64,000 bases of DNA. It comes from Candidatus Cloacimonadota bacterium. GTDB taxonomy: Bacteria; Cloacimonadota; Cloacimonadia; JGIOTU-2. The stretch is from assembly GCA_049903315.1 (NCBI GenBank), contig JBNGBT010000007.1:64360-128359 (forward strand), in the 5' to 3' direction. The position numbers were made by a program, and so were the translations under genes. Positions within the stretch are counted from its first letter, which is position 1; each line of letters begins with the position of its first letter. This document shows positions 19,754 to 28,896 of the stretch, one piece after another. The notes beneath the pieces are model-generated. The model made no database searches. It had not been told where the DNA came from and saw nothing but the letters and a program-made list of their open reading frames with translations.

Positions 19754-20911
19754 ATGTTGAAACAATATTTATCATCAGAGTTACCTGAATTAAAAATTGA
19801 TGATCTGGTTATCAAAAATTCAATAATTCAGGGAGGGATGGGAGTTGGAATTTCCATGTCGGGTCTTGCTTCTGCAGTCGCGGACGAAGGATGCATAGGG
19901 GTCATGTCATCTGTAGGACTTGGATTGCTGCAGGATAAAAATTTAGATAATTACAGGCAGGGAAACCTTGTAGCGCTCAGAGAAGAAATACGTAAAGCAA
20001 AGCAAATGTCCAAAGGCGTTATTGGATTGAATGTTATGGTTGCAGTGTCGGACTATGATGATCTTGTTACTACTGCAATTGAAGAAGAGATCGATATATT
20101 ATTTTTGGGTGCCGGCTTGCCACTTAAATTACCTCAAAAAGTTTCAATCGAACAGTTGCGTTCTATAAAAACCAAGATATTCCCAATCGTTTCTTCTGCT
20201 CGGGCTGCAAAACTTATCTTTCAAACATGGGATAAAAAATTTGATCATGTGCCGGATGGCGTAGTGGTTGAAGGTCCAAAAGCAGGGGGACATCTCGGTT
20301 TCAAAACAGAGCAGATAGACGATGTGGAATTTGAACTTGAAAAGATTGTTCCTCAAGTTGTAGAGCAAATAATCCCTTTCAGAGAAAAATATGGAAAAGA
20401 TCTGCCCGTCATTGCTGCAGGTGGAATATTCACAGGTGAAGATATCTTGCGTTTTCTCCAGCTTGGTGCATCCGGAGTTCAGATGGGAACAAGATTTGTC
20501 GCCACAAATGAATGCGATGCAGATATTAAATTCAAGGAGCAGTACATCTATTGCAAAAAAGAAGACATTGTCATCATAAAAAGCCCGGTTGGACTGCCCG
20601 GGAGAGCAATAATCAATAATTTCCTGCGCGATGTAAGTGCCGGCATAAAAAAACCCTTCAAATGTCCGTGGAAGTGCTTAAAAACCTGTGATTTTAAAAC
20701 ATCCTTATATTGTATTGCAAAAGCTCTAATGAATGCCAAGATCGGTGATTTGACGCACGGATTCAGCTTTGCAGGTTCAAATGCATACAGGATTGAGAAT
20801 ATAATTTCCGTAAAGGAATTGATAGAATCTCTGAAAAGAGAATTCGAGAATGCATGCATACAATTCAATCAATTGCTTGAACCAGCCTTGATTCCAGTGG
20901 TAATCAGATAA
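19754..20911 (+). CDS. Nitronate monooxygenase-family flavoprotein, FabX/UfaA-like, with a C-terminal 4-Cys cluster
   Basis: IIQGGMGVGIS, EGPKAGGHLG, VIAAGGI, GVQMGTRF, SPVGLPGRA and CPWKCLKTC-x7-C. Confidence 0.85.
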   Translation: MLKQYLSSELPELKIDDLVIKNSIIQGGMGVGISMSGLASAVADEGCIGVMSSVGLGLLQDKNLDNYRQGNLVALREEIRKAKQMSKGVIGLNVMVAVSDYDDLVTTAIEEEIDILFLGAGLPLKLPQKVSIEQLRSIKTKIFPIVSSARAAKLIFQTWDKKFDHVPDGVVVEGPKAGGHLGFKTEQIDDVEFELEKIVPQVVEQIIPFREKYGKDLPVIAAGGIFTGEDILRFLQLGASGVQMGTRFVATNECDADIKFKEQYIYCKKEDIVIIKSPVGLPGRAIINNFLRDVSAGIKKPFKCPWKCLKTCDFKTSLYCIAKALMNAKIGDLTHGFSFAGSNAYRIENIISVKELIESLKREFENACIQFNQLLEPALIPVVIR

Positions 20912-20952
20912 TAAAATTTTAAGAAAGCAATCAAAATATTTATTTATAAAAC

Positions 20953-20988
20953 TTGACCTCAAATCAACCTGTAATACATTTTATTACA
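20953..20988 (+). promoter_or_regulatory. Toxin-antitoxin promoter with a perfect palindromic operator
   Basis: TTGACC at 20953; TGTAATA-CATTT-TATTACA at 20970-20988 over the -10 region. Confidence 0.65.
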
Positions 20989-21007
20989 AATTATTATTGG
21001 AGTCAGC

Positions 21008-21226
21008 ATGAGAGAAATTTTAACAATAAGTATTGATAAAGATTTAAAAAAATCAATTGCTCAGAAAGCGATAGAACTCAATACAACACAGAGTGAACTT
21101 GTAAAAAGAGCGATACAAAAATATATCATTCATCAAGAATTTCAAGAGCTCAGAGACATGCTCATTCCGTATGCCGAGAAAGCTGGTTATTATACCGACG
21201 AAGATGTGTTCAAAGAAATATCATGA
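21008..21226 (+). CDS. CopG/ribbon-helix-helix antitoxin
   Basis: ILTISIDKDL...SELVKRAIQKY RHH pattern; C-terminal YTDEDVF; ATGA overlap with the PIN gene. Confidence 0.85.
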   Translation: MREILTISIDKDLKKSIAQKAIELNTTQSELVKRAIQKYIIHQEFQELRDMLIPYAEKAGYYTDEDVFKEIS

Positions 21227-21624
21227 AAGTTGTTCTGGATTCAAATGTAATCATTTCTGCACTCATTACTCAAGGTCTTTCATCCAGATTATTTGATATT
21301 TGTATTGATAAACATGTCATTTTTATTTCTGCATGGATTCTTGATGAAGTAACGCGCATCTTACGCACAAAATTTATAGTTGAGCATGAAAAAATAACAC
21401 GAACTAAAAATTTCCTGTTATCAACTTGTGTGTTCATTAAACCTGAGGGAAATATACCGACGCAATTTAGAGATCAAGATGATAATAATATTCTCCATAT
21501 TGCAGAGACAGTAAAAGCAGAGATAATTATTACCGGTGATGAAGATCTACTTATCCTAAAAGAGCATCTTTCAACAAAAATAATTTCACCCAGAATTTTC
21601 ATGGAAAAGTTCAATACTAATTAA
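21223..21624 (+). CDS. PIN-domain toxin (PIN_3/VapC-like)
   Basis: VVLDSNVIISAL, RDQDDNNIL and IITGDEDLL acidic PIN motifs. Confidence 0.9.
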   Translation: MKVVLDSNVIISALITQGLSSRLFDICIDKHVIFISAWILDEVTRILRTKFIVEHEKITRTKNFLLSTCVFIKPEGNIPTQFRDQDDNNILHIAETVKAEIIITGDEDLLILKEHLSTKIISPRIFMEKFNTN

Positions 21625-21705
21625 GAAGTAAATTCAATTTTCTTTGACAATTCAATCAACTTGTAAAAATTTAATAAATTATAAAAAAAGACTAAAGAGG
21701 TATTA

Positions 21706-22758
21706 ATGAAAAAACATATTATATTAATTCTGGTTATTATAATCATTAGCTTTTCTATGGCTCACGCTGAACAAGCAAAAAGATATGCACTCAAATCAGC
21801 TCATATCGTGTATGAACTTACTGGAAATATAACCGGTGAAAAAGAGGTCTGGTTTGATGATTATGGCATGAAATACTTCGAGGAAACAAACGAGACTACA
21901 ACCATCAAAATAATGGGCATTACAAGCGAACAAAATGAACACACTCTCGTTATCCATGACGGGCAGACTATATATGATATAGATATGCTCACAAAGACCG
22001 GTTACAAAGGCACAATGCCAAGCATGGATGAAATGATGGATTTATCGAAAAATATGAACGAAGCAGAACAAAAACAACTGGCTGATGATATCATGGAATC
22101 CTTAGAAGGTCAGAAATTAGGCACGGAAACCTTTCTTGGTAAAACCTGTGAAGTCATAGAAATTATGGGTGTGAAATCATGGATTTATAACGGGATTACT
22201 CTGAAAACCGAAGCGAATATGATGGGCATGGTTGCAAATGAGACCGCAACAAAATTTGAAGAGAATGTTAAAATACCCGCAACAAAATTTGAACCTCTAC
22301 AAGGCATCACATATGAAGACATGCCCAGCTATGGTGATATGTTTAGCGATGAAGATGATGAAGACACATATTATGAGGATGAAGAAGAAGCAGATCTGCC
22401 GGTTCCCATTACTTATGATGAATTCAAGAACGGCTTGAATGGTTTAGGAAGCGCTGGCTATACTCAAACAATGGTCATGCAGGAAGATGGGCAGTATATG
22501 GCAATGTATATGAGTGGTATGGGCTCAATGCTCATGATCATAGGTTCTGGATATTCATCTGAAGATCTTGATGCTGGTTTTGAGTCATTTACTCACAAGG
22601 GGAAGAGCATGAAATATGGCAACATTGCTGAAGGTGGGAATTCGATCTCCATACTTGTCGTGCTTTATCCTACACAAAATTTGATGATCACCATCAATTC
22701 GATGTCCGGGATGGCAAAAGATGATTTGATTGGCATCGCTGATAAACTGAAATTCTAA
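21706..22758 (+). CDS. Exported hypothetical protein, two domains joined by an acidic linker
   Basis: Signal peptide ending AHA; WFDDYG and GTETFLGKTCEV segments (DUF4412-like by resemblance); D/E-rich linker. Confidence 0.7.
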   Translation: MKKHIILILVIIIISFSMAHAEQAKRYALKSAHIVYELTGNITGEKEVWFDDYGMKYFEETNETTTIKIMGITSEQNEHTLVIHDGQTIYDIDMLTKTGYKGTMPSMDEMMDLSKNMNEAEQKQLADDIMESLEGQKLGTETFLGKTCEVIEIMGVKSWIYNGITLKTEANMMGMVANETATKFEENVKIPATKFEPLQGITYEDMPSYGDMFSDEDDEDTYYEDEEEADLPVPITYDEFKNGLNGLGSAGYTQTMVMQEDGQYMAMYMSGMGSMLMIIGSGYSSEDLDAGFESFTHKGKSMKYGNIAEGGNSISILVVLYPTQNLMITINSMSGMAKDDLIGIADKLKF

Positions 22759-22782
22759 TACTAAATTAAAATAAGGAATTTT

Positions 22783-23271
22783 ATGAAACACAAAATAATA
22801 GAAAGAAAAGGGATCAAACTTGTTGGTCCTCTTTATCATACGAAGATGCAAACTGCTGAAGGAATTCCCGGCTTGTGGGATAACGAATTTCTTCCACGGG
22901 CACGTGAGATCAAACATGTGGTGAACCAGAATTGCTATGGACTTGAACTCTATCCTGATAATTTCATGGATACAAAGCAATTCTCCTACATGGCTGCATT
23001 TGAAGTTTCGAAAATCGAGGATGTGCCTTTCAATATGTTCGGTGTAACATTGCCGGCAAGTACGTATGCAGTTTTTACTATAATTGGCAAACTTGATCCC
23101 AAAAAGATCATGGAGACCTTCCAGAAAATCTATCATGAATGGCTTCCTTCTTCCGGGTAAGAAATGCTGTATCCGTATGATTTCGAATTCTATGATGGTG
23201 AGAAGAAACTCTTTAAGCCGGATCAGGATGATTCTGAACTTGATATTTATTTACCGGTGATTGAAAAATAG
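22783..23271 (+). pseudogene. GyrI-like small-molecule-binding protein interrupted by an in-frame TAA
   Basis: ORF ends ...IYHEWLPSSG* at 23160. The same frame continues EMLYPYDFEFYD...SELDIYLPVIEK* to 23271, which completes the GyrI-like C-terminus. Confidence 0.85.
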
Positions 23272-23298
23272 ATGATGTGTTAATTTTCTCAACAACTT

Positions 23299-23328
23299 CT
23301 CGTTCCACAAGTTGAACTTGGGAACGAG
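23299..23328. repeat. REP-like palindrome, family A, copy 1
   Basis: CTCGTTCCACAAGTTGAACTTGGGAACGAG, near-identical to 61601-61629. Confidence 0.8.
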
Positions 23329-23475
23329 TTCTAAATGAGGAACAAAAAATGAGGAAATGAAGGTAAGGTTATTACAAACCATTATCATATGAAAATAAAT
23401 TTGACAAAAACAAAACACATTTATTCTTTTGTAAGCACGTAATTTTTATCGTTGGGAAAATTAAAAGGAGTTGTC

Positions 23476-23889
23476 ATGAGAAAGATAAGTTTTTTTATCT
23501 TGATCTCAGCCATAGCATTGCTATTTGTACAATGCACAAATAATCAAACCTCGAATTCCGACTATATTATTACCCTCGAAGAAGCTGAACAGATACTCTT
23601 TACAGAAGTATTTCAAGACTCAATCCCATTTGATGTAAAAGTATATGAACTAACTGAACCACTGGAAAGATTTACCACGATAAAAAGTGCGCTAAACCAA
23701 TACACGATTAATAGAAAGAGTTGGTTTTTCTTTATCAATGATTGTCCTATGGCAAATTGGTCTCATCCTTGCAGATATGTACTTATCAATTATTATGATT
23801 CTTTGACGAGAAACTATTGCATCATAGATGAAGATTGGCCACCTGACTGTGTTGAGGAGATGGTCGAGGTTGAATTACAATCTAAATAA
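23476..23889 (+). CDS. Putative lipoprotein with a WFFFIND-P-ANW-HPCRY motif
   Basis: AAGGAG RBS before ATG 23476; hydrophobic leader ending LFVQC. Confidence 0.7.
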   Translation: MRKISFFILISAIALLFVQCTNNQTSNSDYIITLEEAEQILFTEVFQDSIPFDVKVYELTEPLERFTTIKSALNQYTINRKSWFFFINDCPMANWSHPCRYVLINYYDSLTRNYCIIDEDWPPDCVEEMVEVELQSK

Positions 23890-23901
23890 AAGGAGTATGT
23901 C

Positions 23902-24660
23902 ATGAAAAAAGTAATATTTATTATTTTAATAGTATTACCAGTTCTTTTACATGCTGATTATGACAATGAATATTCTGTTGTGTATGATAGTGTAAAATAC
24001 TATATGGCAACGGATAAATGTACGTACATCCCTGGAGATTCTGTTCATATGTGTTACAGTGTTACTAATTACAAGTCTTCACCGATTTTATTAACTTTTC
24101 CCTCAACACAAGAATTTGATTTTTATGTAGTAAGGGATACAATCGGTATATGGTTATGGTCCTGGGGAAAACCTTTTTTTTGTATTGTAATACTTGTTGA
24201 TTTAGATCCTGAAGAATCGTTTGAAGCAGTTTATTCATGGAATATGACAAATAATTATGGAAACCAAATTCTTTATGGAGATTATGAAGTTACAGGATTT
24301 TTGGCAACGTATAATAATCTTCCACTTTCCGTAGATATTGAATATGCACCAACCGGAACGAACGAACCGTCTATACAAACCGATAATTCAAATATTGTAA
24401 GTTCACCAAATCCTTTCACATCTTCGACCAACATTTTCTTTTCAGTTTCGGATAATGGTACTGTCGACTTTTCTATTTATAATCTAAAAGGACAGAAGAT
24501 TACAACAATTACGCATCAGAAATATGCAAAAGGTGAATATACAATATTCTGGGATGGACGAGATGAGAATGGAGAAAAGGTAAGCCCAGGTGTTTATTTC
24601 TACAAAATGGAATGCGATGGAGAAATTGTTGCCGTTGAGAAGTGTGTGATAATAAGATAA
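23902..24660 (+). CDS. Exported BsuPI-like proteinase-inhibitor domain plus FlgD-Ig/T9SS-type C-terminal domain
   Basis: Signal peptide; LTFPSTQEFDFYV...WLWSWGKPF (BsuPI-like); SPNPF...IYNLKGQKI...WDGRDENG...GVYFYKM C-terminal domain. Confidence 0.75.
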   Translation: MKKVIFIILIVLPVLLHADYDNEYSVVYDSVKYYMATDKCTYIPGDSVHMCYSVTNYKSSPILLTFPSTQEFDFYVVRDTIGIWLWSWGKPFFCIVILVDLDPEESFEAVYSWNMTNNYGNQILYGDYEVTGFLATYNNLPLSVDIEYAPTGTNEPSIQTDNSNIVSSPNPFTSSTNIFFSVSDNGTVDFSIYNLKGQKITTITHQKYAKGEYTIFWDGRDENGEKVSPGVYFYKMECDGEIVAVEKCVIIR

Positions 24661-24669
24661 AGAAAAGCA

Positions 24670-25890
24670 TTGAATAATAAATCTCCGTACTGTAAATCTT
24701 ATATATCAGGTAAACCTAACCTTATTCTACTTTTTATATTTATATCTCTTCTCCCAAACCTTCACTCTCTTGATTTATCATACGGTATTCTCGATGAGAG
24801 TCCATATATTGATAAAAACGCAAGAAATTATATTTTCTTGCATTTAAAAGAAGAAATACCTGAGTGCTTCCCAGAAGATTTTCCGCGAGATGATGGTTTC
24901 CTCTACGGTGAAATTCCTATCGGTAATGAAAGATTGATCATAGCAAGGAATATAACGAATGGTGAAGATGAGATATATGTGTACAATAGCTTTAACGACA
25001 GTACGCAACATATAATAGCTGAAGAAATAACAAGTATAAAAGATCCATTATTAGTAAATTGTTATATTTCATTACTTCAGAAAAATACTCATTTTAAAAA
25101 TTCGGCACTCAAACTGTTCGGGTTGAGTGCTAAAACTATGCTTTTTAGCTCTGCAGATTTCCGGTATGGCTTTTTAGAAATCGACAGTAATGAATATTTT
25201 TTCGGATTAGCTAATAACACTTTCGATTATAGTGATTTGGAGAATACCGTTCTTTACATAGATCTCAATAATAATGGGTATGTTTCTGATAAAGATTCGA
25301 TAGATGTGCATGGAAATTCCACAAAAGAAACATTACATGCAATCGATTCATTCATAATTGACCACCAGGCATATAAAGTAGATTCTATTTCCGTCAATGG
25401 ATATACTGTAGAAATATCAAAATTCGATTCGGAAAGCAAATTTGCCGCTGGATTTATGATGCCATCATTTAGTTATTACGATTCGGAAACAGGATTGTAT
25501 GATGCCTACAAAAATACTGGTGATGTAACATTGATTTTCTATTGGTCACCCGGATGTGGTGGTGCGCAAATGCATATTCCAATAATGAGTAAATTATATG
25601 AAAATTATGACTATATCGATGGTTTCCGGTTTATTTCATTCGTGCCGGAATTTGTAACTGATCAGGACATAAAAGAATTGGATATTCGATTTCCTTTTTA
25701 TGATGGGAATCCAAAACTCATGGACGTTTTTGGACCTTCGTTTCCAAAGATTGTTATCATAGATTCTGATGGAATTATAAAAACGTTTATGGAAAGTAAT
25801 TTTACGACATTGTCTGATCCGAAAGACATCAAAAATGATGAGAATTATAAAAAGATTGATAGGTATTTGGAAGCATTGTTAGAGAAGTAA
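24670..25890 (+). CDS. Exported protein with a C-terminal TlpA/thioredoxin-like domain
   Basis: N-terminal hydrophobic leader; IDLNNNG loop; LIFYWSPGCGGA...FPKIVIIDSDGII fold pattern; TTG start uncertain. Confidence 0.65.
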   Translation: MNNKSPYCKSYISGKPNLILLFIFISLLPNLHSLDLSYGILDESPYIDKNARNYIFLHLKEEIPECFPEDFPRDDGFLYGEIPIGNERLIIARNITNGEDEIYVYNSFNDSTQHIIAEEITSIKDPLLVNCYISLLQKNTHFKNSALKLFGLSAKTMLFSSADFRYGFLEIDSNEYFFGLANNTFDYSDLENTVLYIDLNNNGYVSDKDSIDVHGNSTKETLHAIDSFIIDHQAYKVDSISVNGYTVEISKFDSESKFAAGFMMPSFSYYDSETGLYDAYKNTGDVTLIFYWSPGCGGAQMHIPIMSKLYENYDYIDGFRFISFVPEFVTDQDIKELDIRFPFYDGNPKLMDVFGPSFPKIVIIDSDGIIKTFMESNFTTLSDPKDIKNDENYKKIDRYLEALLEK

Positions 25891-25917
25891 AATGTAGATG
25901 GGTTAATAAATCATGAA

Positions 25918-26045
25918 AACTTCTGATTGTTCGCCATCCGGTGAACATCCGAATGTCTTCAAAGAATGAAATAAATGAATATAAACTCTCAGATGTTAGA
26001 GATCTTCTCAACACTCGGAAGTTCGCAAGCGAACATTCAGAGGTT
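25918..26045. repeat. Inverted doublet of degenerate REP-like palindromes
   Basis: AACTTCTGATTGTTCGC...GAACATCCGAAT (25918-25954) resembles the reverse complement of ACTCGGAAGTTCGCAAGCGAACATTCAGAGGTT (26013-26045). Confidence 0.6.
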
Positions 26046-26067
26046 AAGACATATTGAAGGTATTATT

Positions 26068-26871
26068 ATGAAAGTAATAAAAGTATTTATCGTAATTTTA
26101 ATCATCAGCTCTCTTTATTCATCCCTCAATGCGATCGACATTGATGACAAAGGGATTACATTTGGGCTGAACTATACAAAATTATATGGTAATGTGAAGG
26201 AAAGCTCTGATTTTACTCCGGGATTCACGATTGGTGGTTTCGTGAATAAAAGGATCAATAATTACCTTGTTATTCAGCCCGAGCTGCACCTGACCTCTAA
26301 AATTGTCTATAAAGACGGGAAAGAAAGATTGATGCTCGATAATGATTTGGATGGCTTGTTCAACGAAGATGAATATGACCTTATTGATAATGATGGAGAC
26401 GGATTGGTGGATGAGGACAGACAGGAACTCGAATTCGAAGCAAATGGGCATTATCAATTATTTTATCTGGAAATCCCGATTCTCCTTAAAGCAAATTTCA
26501 TTATTAATTCACCACAAAATTTTAATTTCATTTTCGGTCCTTCATTCGACTTTCTATTATGGGGAGATTACCAGTTCACTCAAGCGGGTGAGAGTTTTGA
26601 AAGTAATGACTTGTCTGGCATCAGTGATTTCAGTATAGAGATTGTCTGCGGAATAGAATATGATTTTGGAAAATACGGAATTAAACTTCTTATTAATCAG
26701 GAAATTATTGAGAATGAATATAAATCTGCCGGAGAGGTCATTATGCAGACATTCAAAGAAAATGGGGGAAGTGTCTGGCCAGGCATCGATAATTACACTG
26801 AATATTGTAAATTCCAGAAAGTCAGCGGATACGGGACAACGGTGACAGTAATGCTGAGTATAAACTTATAA
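26068..26871 (+). CDS. Outer-membrane beta-barrel (PorT/OMP_b-brl-like) with an inserted acidic DxDxDG repeat
   Basis: Signal peptide from ATG 26068; GITFGLNY, QPEL, YLEIPILLK, GPSFDFLL; insert DNDLDGLFNED...DNDGDGLVDED. Confidence 0.75.
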   Translation: MKVIKVFIVILIISSLYSSLNAIDIDDKGITFGLNYTKLYGNVKESSDFTPGFTIGGFVNKRINNYLVIQPELHLTSKIVYKDGKERLMLDNDLDGLFNEDEYDLIDNDGDGLVDEDRQELEFEANGHYQLFYLEIPILLKANFIINSPQNFNFIFGPSFDFLLWGDYQFTQAGESFESNDLSGISDFSIEIVCGIEYDFGKYGIKLLINQEIIENEYKSAGEVIMQTFKENGGSVWPGIDNYTEYCKFQKVSGYGTTVTVMLSINL

Positions 26872-26930
26872 AATAAATTATATGAGAATGGACTTCATAC
26901 AACCAAGTTGAATGGATTTCAGTCGTAAAA

Positions 26931-27872
26931 CTATTCTTTTACAAACTCCTCGATCTGTGCACAAATCTTCTTCGCTGATAATCCGAAAGCATCGAGCAAT
27001 ACATCCGGCTTTCCGGACTCACCAAATCTATCATAAATCGCCAGCATTTTCATTTTTGTAGGATAATTCTCCGCAAGCACTTCTGCAATGGCAGAGCCCA
27101 ATCCGCCTGCCTGCAAATGCTCTTCGATGGTCATGAGTTTCCCAAATTTCTTTGCATATTTTATCATACATTCTTTATCAATTGGCTTTATCGTGTGCAT
27201 GTTTATGATAGTTGGAAAAATTCCTTTTTTATGGAGTAACTCAACTGCTTTCATTACTTCCACTCCAATTGTCCCCGCAAAGAAAACCGCACAATCATTA
27301 CCTTCAACAAGAATTTGTGCTTTCCCAATTTTAAAATCCGATTTCTCGTCAGTAAGTGCAGCAGTTGCTTCTCGCGCTAATCGGAGGAATGCGGGTCCTT
27401 GTAACTCTGAAATTTTCATGGTTGCTTTGTATGCCTGAAAATGATCACAGGGAACGACCACAGTCATGTGGGGGAGTATCCTCATCAATGCAATATCCTC
27501 GATTGCCTGGTGGCTGCCACCGTCAGGTCCAACTGAAATTCCTCCGTGTGAACCGACAACCTTTACATTGAGTTGAGAATAACAAACTGTATTTCGAAGC
27601 TGGTCAAAGGCACGTCCGCAGACAAAAACGCCATAGGTGGTTACAAAAGGAATCTTTCCTTCCAAGCTTAATCCTGCTGCAATACCTACCATGTTTTGCT
27701 CTGCAATTCCCACATCGATAAAGCGTTCCGGGAATTTCTCTGCAAACCAGTTCGTTCTCGTTGATGTTGAAAGATCAGCATCGAGTACAAGCACATTAGG
27801 ATTCGTTTTGCCAAGTTCTATCAACGCATTTCCATAGCCGTCACGTATCGGTCGAATATCTTTTATACTCAT
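26931..27872 (-). CDS. Transketolase, C-terminal subunit
   Basis: DADLSTST, GIAEQNM, DGGSHQ and EEH...GGLGSAIAE. Confidence 0.95.
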   Translation of the reverse strand: MSIKDIRPIRDGYGNALIELGKTNPNVLVLDADLSTSTRTNWFAEKFPERFIDVGIAEQNMVGIAAGLSLEGKIPFVTTYGVFVCGRAFDQLRNTVCYSQLNVKVVGSHGGISVGPDGGSHQAIEDIALMRILPHMTVVVPCDHFQAYKATMKISELQGPAFLRLAREATAALTDEKSDFKIGKAQILVEGNDCAVFFAGTIGVEVMKAVELLHKKGIFPTIINMHTIKPIDKECMIKYAKKFGKLMTIEEHLQAGGLGSAIAEVLAENYPTKMKMLAIYDRFGESGKPDVLLDAFGLSAKKICAQIEEFVKE

Positions 27873-28705
27873 GCATCCATCCTTTCTTTTATCTCTTTCA
27901 GTGCCAGTGCTAGCTCTTCTTTATTCGGTGCTTTGCCATGCCATCCGGCTTTGTTTTCCATAAATGAAACACCTTTGCCTTTGATCGTTTTTGCATGAAT
28001 CACGGTTGGTTTATCTTTTACAATATGGAATTCTTTGAAAGCATGTAATATCTCAGAAATATTATGACCATCAATAAGTAATGTGTGCCAACCAAAAGCA
28101 TCCCATTTTGCTCTCAGTGGCTCGAGCGCCATGACTTTTTCTGTATCGCCATCTATCTGCAATCTGTTTCTGTCCACAATCGCGCAGAGATTATCCAGCT
28201 TTTTATGAGCCGCAAACATTGCTGCTTCCCAGACTTGCCCTTCATTGAGTTCTCCGTCTCCAAGCAAAGTATACACTCGAAAATCTTTTTTATCCATTTT
28301 TCCTGCCAGGGCAATGCCACATGAGATCGAAAGTCCCTGACCAAGAGAACCGGTAGATACTTCTACTCCCGGAAGCATATATGAAGCAGGATGTCCCTGC
28401 AACCTGGATTTATATTTTCTGAGTGTTTTCAATTCGCATTTATTAAAATAACCGGCATTGGCAAGCAGTGCATAGAGCAGGGGAGCAGCATGACCTTTTG
28501 AGAGAATAAATCTGTCCCTGTTTTGCCATTTTGGATTTTGAGGATCATATTTCATTTCGTTGAAAAACAAAACTGATCCTAAATCTGCACCGGAAAGTGA
28601 ACCTCCGGGATGACCTGAGCCAGCTTCAGCAATCATACTCACAATATCGAGCCGAATCTCTTCTGCCTTTTTTCTAAGTTGATCAACTTCAATAATTCTT
28701 TCCAT
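27869..28705 (-). CDS. Transketolase, N-terminal subunit
   Basis: SGHPGGSLS, LSKGHA, STGSLGQG, GDGE...EGQVWEA TPP motif and WHGKAP. Confidence 0.95.
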   Translation of the reverse strand: MERIIEVDQLRKKAEEIRLDIVSMIAEAGSGHPGGSLSGADLGSVLFFNEMKYDPQNPKWQNRDRFILSKGHAAPLLYALLANAGYFNKCELKTLRKYKSRLQGHPASYMLPGVEVSTGSLGQGLSISCGIALAGKMDKKDFRVYTLLGDGELNEGQVWEAAMFAAHKKLDNLCAIVDRNRLQIDGDTEKVMALEPLRAKWDAFGWHTLLIDGHNISEILHAFKEFHIVKDKPTVIHAKTIKGKGVSFMENKAGWHGKAPNKEELALALKEIKERMDA

Positions 28706-28896
28706 GATTTCCTTAAAATATTTACTTTTTTATATCACATTTGAGCTAACTCAAAGTAATGAGATATGCATAAATTTTTCATGGCTTGAGCAATAAATCG
28801 TGTCAATAAAAAAAGTTATTAACTACCTTTATATATAAAATTTAATAGGTTTCTTGACAGAATTATAAATTATCTCATTTATTTTAATCACGTATT

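Noticed and set aside
23158..23160. Stop-codon reassignment or programmed readthrough
   Set aside because: TAA, TAG and TGA all end conserved genes at expected positions elsewhere in the window. A single TAA fits a point mutation or sequencing error.
23333..23367. AAATGAGG short direct repeats
   Set aside because: Only two or three short purine-rich units; cannot be separated from low-complexity background.
25540..25570. Selenocysteine in the thioredoxin-like active site
   Set aside because: The codons read TGT GGT GGT GCG, with no in-frame TGA.
12699..26871. Prophage or integrative element covering the accessory region
   Set aside because: No integrase, transposase, phage genes, tRNA target or flanking att repeats were seen; it looks like piecemeal gene gain and loss.
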